This document shows positions 1 to 8,576 of a stretch of 53,063 bases of DNA, piece by piece (position 1 is the first letter of the stretch; each line of letters begins with the position of its first letter). The translations under genes were made by a program, and so were the position numbers. Source of the DNA: Candidatus Moraniibacteriota bacterium (lineage in GTDB: Bacteria; Patescibacteriota; Minisyncoccia; Moranbacterales; DUUL01); contig JALVDV010000011.1 of assembly GCA_027008775.1 (NCBI GenBank), positions 1 to 53,063 of the forward strand. Reading direction: 5' to 3'. The notes under the pieces were generated by a model. The model had not been told where the DNA came from. It was given only the letters and a program-made list of their open reading frames with translations, and ran no database searches.

Positions 1-132
1 AGAAATCCTTTAAAACTCTACAAAAGAACCTGTCAAAAAGAAGGTTGCAACAATACCTTTGAAACCACCTATGCTCCCGATAGACCGGAGATAGTTTACT
101 GTGAGGAGTGTTATAATCGGGAGGTGAGCTAG
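1..132 (+). CDS. 3' end of a CDS entering from upstream; C-terminal zinc-ribbon-like tail (partial)
   Basis: Frame 1 is open from the window edge to TAG at 130-132. Translation ...KRTCQKEGCNNTFETTYAPDRPEIVYCEECYNREVS* carries two Cys pairs (CxxxxC ... CxxC). Confidence 0.5.
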   Translation, partial: RNPLKLYKRTCQKEGCNNTFETTYAPDRPEIVYCEECYNREVS

Positions 133-204
133 GAAAAGAGCTTTTGACTTTTCTTTTTGCATTAAGTAACATAAAGACAGGATTTCTAAAAACTTCTAAA
201 CGCT

Positions 205-1239
205 ATGGAGAAAAAAATCAAAGAAATTTGGTGGAAAGCCAAAGAAGAGATTAGTCAACCCCAGACGCCGGAAAAACTGTCGGCATTAAAAGTAAAATAT
301 CTCGGTAAAAAAAGTGAATTAAACCAGATTCTCAAGAATCTAAAAAACCTGTCAGCAGAGGAAAAAAAGATTATTGGGCCTCTGGCCAATCAAATTAAAA
401 ACAAACTCAAAGAAATTTTTTCCCAAAAAGAAGAAGAGTTGGCCAGTGTCGTTGATGCCGAGAAAGAATGGATTGACGTTACCGCCCCCGCTCAAAGGGT
501 AAGGCCGGGAAAATTACATCCCTTGACTTTGGTGCAAAATCAAATAGAAGATATTTTTACCAGTCTGGGCTTTGAAATTGTTGATGGTCCGGATGTGGAA
601 ACGGAGTTTTATAATTTTGACGCTATTAATATGCCCGATGATCACCCCGGACGAGATATGCAGGATACTTTTTGGATTTCCAAAAAAGAAAATCGCAAAA
701 AAGGAGAAGGAGTGGTGATGCGTACACAAACCTCTTCCGTACAGGTTCGCTACATGGAAAAACATCAGCCGCCTTTGCGCATCATCGTTCCGGGCAGAGT
801 TTTTCGCAATGAAGCCACCGACGCCAGTCATGAACACACCTTTCACCAATTTGAAGCCTTGGTGGTTGATAAAAAGATTAGCGTGGCTAATTTCTTGTTT
901 GTTGCCGAAACTTTCTTTTCCCAATTCTTTGGAGAGAAAATGAAGGTTAGACTGAGACCAAGCTATTTTCCTTTTGTGGAGCCTGGTTTTGAATTTGATA
1001 TTTCTTGCACCAATTGTGGTGGAAAAGGATGTTCCACTTGTTCTCAAACCGGCTGGATTGAAGTTGGTGGCGCCGGCATGGTTCACCAAAATGTTTTTCA
1101 AGCGGCCGGTTACCCCCGCAACAAATACCAGGGCTTTGCCTGGGGCTTCGGTTTGGAACGTTTGGCTATGATGAAATACAAAATCAATGACATCCGCCTT
1201 TTCCACAGCGGGGACATAAGATTTACGGAACAGTTTTAA
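205..1239 (+). CDS. pheS: phenylalanine--tRNA ligase alpha subunit
   Basis: 344-aa ORF with class II aaRS motifs (FRNEATDASHEHTFHQFE, GFAWGFGLERLAMM) and the Cys4 knuckle CTNCGGKGCSTC seen in Firmicute-type PheS. pheT lies downstream. Confidence 0.95.
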   Translation: MEKKIKEIWWKAKEEISQPQTPEKLSALKVKYLGKKSELNQILKNLKNLSAEEKKIIGPLANQIKNKLKEIFSQKEEELASVVDAEKEWIDVTAPAQRVRPGKLHPLTLVQNQIEDIFTSLGFEIVDGPDVETEFYNFDAINMPDDHPGRDMQDTFWISKKENRKKGEGVVMRTQTSSVQVRYMEKHQPPLRIIVPGRVFRNEATDASHEHTFHQFEALVVDKKISVANFLFVAETFFSQFFGEKMKVRLRPSYFPFVEPGFEFDISCTNCGGKGCSTCSQTGWIEVGGAGMVHQNVFQAAGYPRNKYQGFAWGFGLERLAMMKYKINDIRLFHSGDIRFTEQF

Positions 1240-1242
1240 TGA
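1171..1242 (+). repeat. Direct repeat copy 1: functional 3' end of pheS plus TAATGA
   Basis: atgaaatacaaaatcaatgacatccgccttttccacagcggggacataagatttacggaacagttttaatga recurs at 1895-1963 with one 3-nt indel and one substitution. Confidence 0.9.
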
Positions 1243-1279
1243 GTCGCCCGGTGGTTCAATGGACTTATTTACATTTTTC

Positions 1280-1308
1280 TTGACAGGATTCTACATAAAG
1301 TATATAAT
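1280..1308 (+). promoter_or_regulatory. sigma70-type promoter of the first brnTA cassette
   Basis: TTGACA (1280-1285), 17-nt spacer, TATAAT (1303-1308). The inverted repeat GTATAT(1300-1305)/ATATAC(1313-1318) overlaps the -10 and is a plausible antitoxin operator. Confidence 0.6.
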
Positions 1309-1325
1309 GGTAATATACAGAAAAC

Positions 1326-1622
1326 ATGAAGGATTTAATGGCAAGCGTGATCGGATTTGATTGGGACAATGGGAATTGTAAAAAGAATAAAATCAAACAT
1401 AAAGTTGAAACAAACGAGTGTGAAGAAGTATTTTTTAATAAACCGCTATTAATTTTTCCAGACAAAAAACATTCTGAAATTGAAACTAGATATTACGCTT
1501 TAGGTAGGACAGTATTGGACAGAAAATTATTTGTCGTTTTTGTTACAAGGAATAATAAGATAAGGGTCATTTCTGCTCGTGATATGAGCAGAAAAGAACG
1601 AAAAATATATGAAAAAAAATAA
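1326..1622 (+). CDS. brnT: BrnT-family (DUF497) toxin
   Basis: 98-aa ORF. FDWDxGNxxKNxxKHxV ... RVISARDMSRKERKIY follows the BrnT/DUF497 layout. It overlaps the downstream antitoxin by 14 nt. Confidence 0.85.
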   Translation: MKDLMASVIGFDWDNGNCKKNKIKHKVETNECEEVFFNKPLLIFPDKKHSEIETRYYALGRTVLDRKLFVVFVTRNNKIRVISARDMSRKERKIYEKK

Positions 1623-1884
1623 GCGAATCCCAAAATTTAAAAATGAAAAACAAGAGGCTGATTTTTGGCAAAAAAACGATTCGGCTGATTTTATTAATTG
1701 GTCAAAAGCGAAAAAAAATATTAAATTCCCAAATTTGAAGCCTTCTACTAAAACTATTTCCTTGAGATTATCAGAATCTATGTTGAATAATCTAAAGATA
1801 GTGGCTAACCAAAAAGACATACCTTATCAATCTTTTATAAAAGTCATCATAGACGAAAGATTAAAAGCCGAGCTAGAAAAATGA
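1609..1884 (+). CDS. brnA: BrnA-type (CopG/RHH-like) antitoxin
   Basis: 91-aa ORF whose C-terminal ISLRLSESMLNNLKIVANQKDIPYQSFIKVII is typical of BrnA antitoxins. Its position directly after BrnT supports the call. Confidence 0.8.
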   Translation: MKKNKRIPKFKNEKQEADFWQKNDSADFINWSKAKKNIKFPNLKPSTKTISLRLSESMLNNLKIVANQKDIPYQSFIKVIIDERLKAELEK

Positions 1885-1894
1885 CCAACATCAA

Positions 1895-1963
1895 ATGAAA
1901 AAAATCAATGACATCCGCCTTTTCCACAGCGGGGACATAAGATTTACGGAGCAGTTTTAATGA
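1895..1963 (+). pseudogene. Displaced remnant of the pheS 3' end (direct repeat copy 2)
   Basis: atgaaaaaaatcaatgacatccgccttttccacagcggggacataagatttacggagcagttttaatga would encode MKKINDIRLFHSGDIRFTEQF*, matching the PheS C-terminus. No upstream pheS body is attached. Confidence 0.8.
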
Positions 1964-1998
1964 CTGCTGTCATAAGCCTAAAAACAATTGCTGTCTAA

Positions 1999-2027
1999 TT
2001 GACAAAGTAATACAAATCATATACAAT
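1999..2027 (+). promoter_or_regulatory. sigma70-type promoter of the second brnTA-like cassette
   Basis: TTGACA (1999-2004), 17-nt spacer, TACAAT (2022-2027). The start context AACATGAAGG is identical to that of cassette 1. Confidence 0.55.
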
Positions 2028-2033
2028 GTAAAC

Positions 2034-2318
2034 ATGAAGGTGGACGATTATATAATTGATTGGAACAAGGAGAAGAATATTTGGCTAAAAAAACATAGAC
2101 AAGTTTCCTTTGAAATTGTTGAAGTAAAGCTGTTGGAGAAGGATATTGTAGCAATAATTCCGCATAACAGTAAAAAATACGCCCATCAATTTTTAATAGT
2201 CGTTAACATAGATGATTATATCTACGTTGTCCCATTCGTAATCAACGAAGATGATAAAATAATTTTTTTAAAGACGATTATTCCGAGCAGAAAATATACC
2301 AAGAAATATTTAAAGTGA
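2034..2318 (+). CDS. BrnT-like (DUF497) toxin, second copy
   Basis: 94-aa ORF. IDWNKEKNIWLKKHRQVSFEIVE ... IIFLKTIIPSRKYTKKY parallels the DUF497 pattern. It is followed by a BrnA-like gene with a GTGA/ATG overlap. Confidence 0.7.
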   Translation: MKVDDYIIDWNKEKNIWLKKHRQVSFEIVEVKLLEKDIVAIIPHNSKKYAHQFLIVVNIDDYIYVVPFVINEDDKIIFLKTIIPSRKYTKKYLK

Positions 2319-2608
2319 ATTTTATGAATAAAAGACAATCACAACAAGATGTTTATTTTGACAGGGAGGAAGAAGAGTTATCAAAATACATTGAAAAAAC
2401 GAATCTAAAACCGTTAGAGAAAGCAAAGGAAAAAGAATTGATTGACGGGCTGGCTAATGCTGCCAAAAATACTTTGGCTAAGAAAAAAGTGGTTAGTCTA
2501 AGATTATCCGAAAGAGATTTATTGTATTTCAAGGCTAAGGCGGCTGAAGAGGGAATACCATACCAAACTCTAATGACCTCTGTCTTGCATAAATACATTT
2601 TTTCTTAA
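2315..2608 (+). CDS. BrnA-like antitoxin, second copy
   Basis: 97-aa ORF whose C-terminal VSLRLSERDLLYFKAKAAEEGIPYQTLMTSVLHKY is the canonical BrnA signature. The start may be the GTG at 2315 or the ATG at 2324. Confidence 0.8.
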   Translation: MNFMNKRQSQQDVYFDREEEELSKYIEKTNLKPLEKAKEKELIDGLANAAKNTLAKKKVVSLRLSERDLLYFKAKAAEEGIPYQTLMTSVLHKYIFS

Positions 2609-2727
2609 AAATTTTTTAAATTTACCGCCCTTAACAATACTAAGCGAACAACAAAGAACAAGAGCTGTTTTCTGCTGGTAATACAAATAAAAAAACGAAA
2701 AATTATAAAAACCAAAACAAACAACTA

Positions 2728-3348
2728 ATGCCGGAAAAAATTCCCTCTGCCCAACCAGAGCAAATAGAATCAAAAAAAGAGCTGAACAAAAACTTTTTCA
2801 AGACTGAACTTTCTCCTAACGATAAAGAAAGTTTGAAGAAATTGGCTGAACAGCTGGAGAATTTTATGGACAAAGAAGCCGCTGAACAATTGATATTTAT
2901 TTTAAAAATGATGGCGACAGAAGATTACGTCAATCAGTGCCGCTTGGCCACAAAAGCTTTGGCGGAAAAAATGAATGAACGTTTTGGCGGAGAAGAATCG
3001 TTTTTTGATCTTATGCCGCCTAAGACCAGGCTATTTGATCTACGCAGCAATGAAGGTCTAAGTAAAATCAATTACCAATCTCCCTCCGGACATAGCGTGG
3101 CCGGATTGGATTTTTTTGACAACAGGTCGGCAAGTAAAAACAAAAAAAGATTTATCATCATTGACCCCGTTTACGGAGTGGTAAACCGTAAGGTTGATCG
3201 GGATAACATTCTTTTGTTAGCCGGCTTCGGTAACATTGAGGAAGCCAAAAAGGCTCTCTCGGAAGTGTATGGCGGTCGCTGGCAAGAAGCTTATTTTTTT
3301 GATAGAAAAAATAATAAATTTATCTTTATTGACAAAGATAAAAAGTAA
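2728..3348 (+). CDS. hypothetical protein (206 aa), no recognisable domain
   Basis: Long ORF with ordinary composition and no competing ORF. It is part of the pheS-pheT insertion. Confidence 0.55.
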   Translation: MPEKIPSAQPEQIESKKELNKNFFKTELSPNDKESLKKLAEQLENFMDKEAAEQLIFILKMMATEDYVNQCRLATKALAEKMNERFGGEESFFDLMPPKTRLFDLRSNEGLSKINYQSPSGHSVAGLDFFDNRSASKNKKRFIIIDPVYGVVNRKVDRDNILLLAGFGNIEEAKKALSEVYGGRWQEAYFFDRKNNKFIFIDKDKK

Positions 3349-3444
3349 ACAGTTTAAACTTGCTATGAAGCATCCACCGACCTGCCGGCAAAAAACAACG
3401 AATCAAAAAATAAAAACAATATATTAAATAGTAAGTCACAAAAA

Positions 3445-4509
3445 ATGTCATTAGAGCAAATGTCTAAGTTCGGGCAAGACAAAAAAGAAGAAAGTAGCAA
3501 TCCAAAAAATTTTGACAAAAAATCTTTGGAGTTGGAGAAAATGAATCGTCTGGCTGAGAATGCCAGCGATCCGGAAATTAAAGAAGCAATGATTCAAAAA
3601 ATGGATCAGCTCAACGAAACCATTGCGGAACTGGAAAAGAAAAGTGGTTTGCCGGCGGAGGAAATTTTGGATAATTATACTCGTCTAAATAAACAATTGG
3701 CGGAAGGAGGAGATATCAATAAGCTAATTGAAAATTTGGCCAAAGAACTGCCAACAGAAGAAAAAACCGCTTTTTTACAAGCGGTCAAAAATGGCGCTAC
3801 CGAGGCCATTGTAAATATTTTTAAAAAGAATAATCCCAAAAGAACAGCTGTAGCCACAGCTCTGGCTCTAACTTTATTTACCGGCGCCGTTGGTAACGCT
3901 AACGTAGTCCGGGCGCAAGAATACAGTGGCAATCGTCAGCAGATAGAAATGGTGAAAAAAATAGAAACCCCCGCCCAAGCCTGGGAATATTTATTGTCAA
4001 CCGACAAGAAAGATTTTTTTAAAGCTTTGGAAAAAATAAAAAATGACTTGGACATTGGACGGAACGAAAAAGGTTTCGCGGGCATTATTCACTATTTAAG
4101 TGTTGCCAAAAAAATGGGGGTTAGCGCTTATGCCAAATCTCTTGGTTTGGATTATTATCAATTGGATGAAGAAGGTAAAAAAAGGGCCGAACAAGGATTT
4201 GAGAGAATGTTGCAACAAAAAGGAATAGCCGAATACTTCAAATTGGCAGAAAAGATAAACCAAGAAAATAAATCCCAAGAAGTAACAAAATTGGCTGAAG
4301 TTGAAAAATGGGAGAAAAAACTGAAAACGCCGTTGGTTGAGAGATTGGAAAAAGAGGCGTCTGAAGATGATTTAAAGGCGATAAATATGGGTCTCAGCGC
4401 CCACAGAGAGAGACTTTTGGGACAAGGTTTAAGCCCTCAAGAAGTGGCTCAAGAGATAACTCGGCTGAAAGAACAACAAGCCCAAAAATATTTTTCCGAG
4501 AGAAAGTGA
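3445..4509 (+). CDS. hypothetical coiled-coil protein with one internal transmembrane or signal-like segment
   Basis: 354-aa ORF with an acidic, Lys-rich N-terminal 130 aa, then KRTAVATALALTLFTGAVGNANVVRAQE (hydrophobic core plus AxA-like site), then a 195-aa C-terminal domain. Confidence 0.6.
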   Translation: MSLEQMSKFGQDKKEESSNPKNFDKKSLELEKMNRLAENASDPEIKEAMIQKMDQLNETIAELEKKSGLPAEEILDNYTRLNKQLAEGGDINKLIENLAKELPTEEKTAFLQAVKNGATEAIVNIFKKNNPKRTAVATALALTLFTGAVGNANVVRAQEYSGNRQQIEMVKKIETPAQAWEYLLSTDKKDFFKALEKIKNDLDIGRNEKGFAGIIHYLSVAKKMGVSAYAKSLGLDYYQLDEEGKKRAEQGFERMLQQKGIAEYFKLAEKINQENKSQEVTKLAEVEKWEKKLKTPLVERLEKEASEDDLKAINMGLSAHRERLLGQGLSPQEVAQEITRLKEQQAQKYFSERK

Positions 4510-4636
4510 AATTGGTTATTAAAATCTCTATACCAATTTGGAATTAGTTATAGACATTCGTTGTAAGGGTTCTGAAGATATGTTAGAATAGAACGACTAA
4601 AAAATGCATGAATTTAAATTTTAATCCAAACACAGT

Positions 4637-5410
4637 ATGCAAATTATAAAAAGACTACTAGTGTCACTAGGGTTGGCGCTTTTAATTTTGGCAATACTTG
4701 GCGCGCTTGGTTTTGCCTGGTTTGTTTATTATTGTAACCATCCTGCTGGGAAACTGGTAGATGCATCTGTAAGTCATTATTTTGCCTACAGTCCTTTGCA
4801 TACGCGAATCATGTATTCGGGTGCAGAATGTTTATCCCTTGGAAATTCTGGAGATATGTATTTACCAGCAGAAGTGGACATAAAAACATTCAGGCCAATT
4901 AGTGAATTTTATGCTATTGATAAAAACAACGTTTATTATCGTGATAGAAAACTCAAAGGAGCGGATCCTAAAAATTTTCGTATCTTAAAAAATGACTATT
5001 CTCTCAGCGGGAACAACGTTTATCATCGTGAGAAAAAACTTAAAGACGCTGACCCGAAGACTTTTCGTGTTCTAAATAGTGAATATGCTCTTGATAAAAA
5101 CAATGTTTATTACCAATCTGCAAAAATACTAGAGGCTGATCCAAAAACCTTTCGAGTTCTTAAAGAGCATTATGCGCTTGATAAAAATCATGTCTACTAT
5201 TTTTGGGGCATTATTCCTGATGCGGATCCCGATACTTATCATATCTTAAGAGGAGAATATGCCATTGATAAAAATAATGTCTATTTTAAAAACAAAAAAA
5301 TTCCTAACGCAGATTTAGAAACCTTTGTTGTTTCCAGACACAATCCCGCTTATGCCAAAGACAAAAACCATGCCTATGTTGGTGGAATTATAGATACAAA
5401 TTTTGAGTAA
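4637..5410 (+). CDS. DKNYY-repeat family protein, membrane anchored
   Basis: 257-aa ORF with an N-terminal TM helix followed by about six repeats of the form DKNNVYY...ADPKTFRVL, the DKNYY repeat signature. Confidence 0.8.
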   Translation: MQIIKRLLVSLGLALLILAILGALGFAWFVYYCNHPAGKLVDASVSHYFAYSPLHTRIMYSGAECLSLGNSGDMYLPAEVDIKTFRPISEFYAIDKNNVYYRDRKLKGADPKNFRILKNDYSLSGNNVYHREKKLKDADPKTFRVLNSEYALDKNNVYYQSAKILEADPKTFRVLKEHYALDKNHVYYFWGIIPDADPDTYHILRGEYAIDKNNVYFKNKKIPNADLETFVVSRHNPAYAKDKNHAYVGGIIDTNFE

Positions 5411-5446
5411 TTAAACGATTTAATTTTTAAAACGGGGCTAAGTATT

Positions 5447-7897
5447 ATGTTATACAGTTTCAACTGGCTAAAAAAACTAAGCAAAACAAACAAAACGGCG
5501 ACGGAAATCGCCGACTTATTTCTGACACACAGTTTTGAGGTGGAAGATGTGGAGGATTTATCCCAAGGGTTAAACAAAGTGATTATCGGAGAAGTGTTGG
5601 CCGTGGAAAAACACCCCAACGCTGATCGTTTACGAATAGCCAAAGTTGATGTCGGGAAAAATAATGGCGGAACTTTGCAAATAGTTTGCGGAGCTCCCAA
5701 TCTGCAAAAAGGGCAAAAAGTGCCGGTCGCTTTGCCGGGGGCGGAAGTTATTTTTAAAAATGAAAAAGGGCAGGAGCAAAAATTTAAAATCAAAGAAAGT
5801 AAAATAAGGGGAGTTGAATCTTTTGGAATGATTTGCGCCGAAGATGAACTTGGTTTGGGTGAAGATCATAGTGGAATAATGGTCTTACCAGATGATGCTC
5901 CGGTAGGGGAGAGATTGGCTAAATATTTACAGCTGGATGATCAGGTTTTGGAAATTGATATTTTACCCAATCGCGCCCACGATTGCTTGAGTTATCAAGG
6001 GGTTGCCAGAGAATTGTGTGCCCTGGAAGACAAACGATTCCGTGCCGAGCCTTCAGAAAACGATTTTCAAAAATTTAAGGAAAAATTAAATCCGTTACCA
6101 AGTGATTTTTCTGTTCAAATAGAAAGTCCGCATTGCTCCCGCTATTGTCTGGTCAAGCTCAGCAATATTCAAATTAAGCCGTCGCCTCTCTGGTTGCAAG
6201 CCAGACTTAAAGTCAGCGGCCTGAAACCAATTAACAACGTGGTTGATATTACCAACTATGTTATGCTCAAGACCGGACAACCGCTCCATGCTTTTTCTGC
6301 GGAGAAAATAGACCAAATCGTTGTCAGAGAAGCCAAAGAAAAAGAGAAAATAGTTTTACTTGACGGACAAGAATTGGAATTGTCCGCTTCTGACTTGGTT
6401 ATTGCTGATGGCAAATCTCCGATAGCTCTAGCCGGGATTATGGGTGGTTTGGAAAGCGGTGTTAAAAACGAAACGGCGGAAATTATTCTGGAGGGTGCGA
6501 ATTTTAACGCCCCAACAATCCGTCTCAGCGCTCGTCGGCATAACCTGCAAACAGACGCCTCTTATCGTTTTGAAAGAGACATTGACCCCAACTTTGTCGG
6601 TCCGGCCATTGTTGAGGCGGTCAACCTGTTGCAAAAATATGCCGATGCAAAATTGGAGTTTGGTCAAGACTTTTATCCGCAACCAATTAAACCTTGGTCG
6701 GTGGAATTGACAACTGATTACACCAACAACCTTCTGGGAATTGATTTGGATAAGTCAAAAATCAAGTCAATTTTAAACAGGCTTGGTATCCAAGTAACTG
6801 CCGAAGAAAAATTTGCCCAATCGGATAAAAAAGGGGGCGAAAAAATAACTTTTCTTATTCCCACCGCTCGTCGCGACTTGCGTTCCCCGGAAGATTTGAT
6901 AGAGGAGGTTGGTAGAATTTACGGCTACGATAAAATTAAACCGAAACCGCTACAGACTGTTATTTCCTTGCCAAAATACAACCGCGAGAGAATGCTGGAG
7001 AGAAAGTTGAAAGAAGTTATGGTGGCCAACGGCTTTTATGAAATTAAAAGCTATTCCTTTTACAGCCGAAAGGATGCCAAAATGGCCGGACTTAATCCTG
7101 ATGAACATATAGCACTGTTGAACCCGGCCAATCCGGAACAACAAATTTTACGCAATAATCTAATCATCAATTTGTTAAAAGCCGGCCAAAAAAATCTCAG
7201 CTATTTTCCTCAGGTTAAAATTTTTGAAGAGGGAAAAATCTACAGAAAAAGCCAAGATAAATTACCGGTTGAAGAATTAAGACTGGCCTTGGCTGTTTTT
7301 TCCAGACACAAAAAAGGAGAACAATTTTACCAGGTCAAGGGCGCCCTAGATAATCTGTTGGAAACTCTGAATATTGCCTCCTACTATTACGACGATAATT
7401 TTACCGACACCGGCTCACAACTGATGCCGGAAGTAAATCCGGTCCGCCGCGCCCTCCTAAAAACAAAAAGAGGAGAAGTAATCGGTTGGCTGGGAGAAAT
7501 TTCTCAAAAAGTTGCCAAAAATTTCGGACTTAAAAATGTTAGAGTGGCGACCGGCTCCCTTGACGTCAGAAAAATACTGGAGCTTTCCCAAACGAAAACT
7601 GCGTTTAGAGAGCTTCCAAAATTTCCTTTCGTGGAAAGGGATATTTCTCTGCTGGTTGAGAAACGTTTGCAGATTAGAAAAATAGAGGAGGCTATTCGCA
7701 GGTTTGGCGGAGAGCTTTTGAAAAAAGTGGAATTGTTTGACATCTACAATTACCCGGGAAAAAACGAGAAGTCATTGGCTTTTCATTTAGCCTTCGGCAG
7801 TCCGCAAAGGACATTGCGTTCCGACGAAGTGGACGAGTTAATCAACAAACTGATTGACAAACTGGAGAAAAATTTTTCTCTGAAAGTCAGACGCTAA
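5447..7897 (+). CDS. pheT: phenylalanine--tRNA ligase beta subunit
   Basis: 816-aa ORF with an N-terminal tRNA-binding OB domain (VIIGEVLAVEKHPNADRLRIAKVDVG), B3/4 and B5 regions, and a C-terminal FDX-ACB-like tail (DISLLV...FDIY). Confidence 0.95.
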   Translation: MLYSFNWLKKLSKTNKTATEIADLFLTHSFEVEDVEDLSQGLNKVIIGEVLAVEKHPNADRLRIAKVDVGKNNGGTLQIVCGAPNLQKGQKVPVALPGAEVIFKNEKGQEQKFKIKESKIRGVESFGMICAEDELGLGEDHSGIMVLPDDAPVGERLAKYLQLDDQVLEIDILPNRAHDCLSYQGVARELCALEDKRFRAEPSENDFQKFKEKLNPLPSDFSVQIESPHCSRYCLVKLSNIQIKPSPLWLQARLKVSGLKPINNVVDITNYVMLKTGQPLHAFSAEKIDQIVVREAKEKEKIVLLDGQELELSASDLVIADGKSPIALAGIMGGLESGVKNETAEIILEGANFNAPTIRLSARRHNLQTDASYRFERDIDPNFVGPAIVEAVNLLQKYADAKLEFGQDFYPQPIKPWSVELTTDYTNNLLGIDLDKSKIKSILNRLGIQVTAEEKFAQSDKKGGEKITFLIPTARRDLRSPEDLIEEVGRIYGYDKIKPKPLQTVISLPKYNRERMLERKLKEVMVANGFYEIKSYSFYSRKDAKMAGLNPDEHIALLNPANPEQQILRNNLIINLLKAGQKNLSYFPQVKIFEEGKIYRKSQDKLPVEELRLALAVFSRHKKGEQFYQVKGALDNLLETLNIASYYYDDNFTDTGSQLMPEVNPVRRALLKTKRGEVIGWLGEISQKVAKNFGLKNVRVATGSLDVRKILELSQTKTAFRELPKFPFVERDISLLVEKRLQIRKIEEAIRRFGGELLKKVELFDIYNYPGKNEKSLAFHLAFGSPQRTLRSDEVDELINKLIDKLEKNFSLKVRR

Positions 7898-7987
7898 TTT
7901 TCCAATAGACAATCATGCGATCAAGCTAGAGAAAATTTGCAAATAATGATACAATAAAAAAGGACAATAATAATTAATAATAAAAAA

Positions 7988-8551
7988 ATGTCGTTAACCA
8001 CAATTTTACTAATCATCATTGTTGTTCTGGCCGTTTGGTTAATCTTTGTTTACAATGGTTTAATCAGATTGCGCAACAGAGTAAAAGAGGCTTGGTCCGA
8101 CATAGACGTGCAACTTAAAAGACGTTATGACCTCATTCCCAACCTGGTGGAAACAGTCAAAGGTTACGCCAAACACGAAAGTGAAACTTTGGAAAAAGTG
8201 ATAGAGGCCAGAAACAAAGCTATGGCCACTCAAAAAAGTGGAGACGCTAAAGAGCAAGCGGAGGCGGAAAATGTTTTGTCCTCAACCTTGAAGTCAATTT
8301 TTGCCTTGGCGGAAAGCTATCCTGAGCTAAAAGCTAATCAAAACTTTCTTGAATTACAAAGAGAGCTGGCCGATACAGAGAACAAAATCCAGGCCGCTCG
8401 GCGATTTTACAACGGCAACGTTAGGGATTTCAACACAAAGATAGAGGTTTTTCCAAACAATATTTTGGCCAACGTTTTCAACTTCAAAAAATTTGAATTT
8501 TTTGAAATTGGCGACCAAAAAGAACGTGAAAATGTAAAGGTGGAATTTTAA
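7988..8551 (+). CDS. lemA: LemA family protein
   Basis: 187-aa ORF with an N-terminal TM and YNGLIRLRNRVKEAWSDIDVQLKRRYDLIPNLVETVKGYAKHE, typical of LemA. It is paired with htpX as is commonly seen. Confidence 0.9.
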   Translation: MSLTTILLIIIVVLAVWLIFVYNGLIRLRNRVKEAWSDIDVQLKRRYDLIPNLVETVKGYAKHESETLEKVIEARNKAMATQKSGDAKEQAEAENVLSSTLKSIFALAESYPELKANQNFLELQRELADTENKIQAARRFYNGNVRDFNTKIEVFPNNILANVFNFKKFEFFEIGDQKERENVKVEF

Positions 8552-8576
8552 TTATTTGTCCTAAAATTTCCAGGCT

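Larger units (their letters stand above)
1243..1894 (+). mobile_element. 652-bp BrnT/BrnA toxin-antitoxin cassette bracketed by duplicated pheS 3' ends (integrated cassette; no recombinase present)
   Basis: The segment sits exactly between the two pheS-3'-end repeats and carries its own consensus promoter plus an overlapping two-gene TA pair. Confidence 0.45.

Noticed and set aside
514-1206. 230-aa minus-strand ORF inside pheS, and many similar antisense ORFs in the track (for example 5374-5793, 17311-17679, 24539-25009, 32371-32838, 40727-41236, 41938-42420, 43072-43641, 43663-44130, 47495-47839, 48146-48496, 50918-51388).
   Set aside because: Each lies wholly within, and antisense or out of frame to, a strongly supported conserved gene. 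Their translations are low-complexity or biased with no motifs. They are typical shadow ORFs.
3236-3427. 63-aa ORF overlapping the end of the 206-aa gene (also 974-1171, 6444-6710, 14768-14950, 18407-18622, 19552-19740, 33995-34285, 37735-37938, 38890-39147, 46866-47051, 47505-47828, 47901-48149 and 49591-49803).
   Set aside because: These are same-strand, out-of-frame ORFs nested in longer, better-supported genes, with no independent signals.
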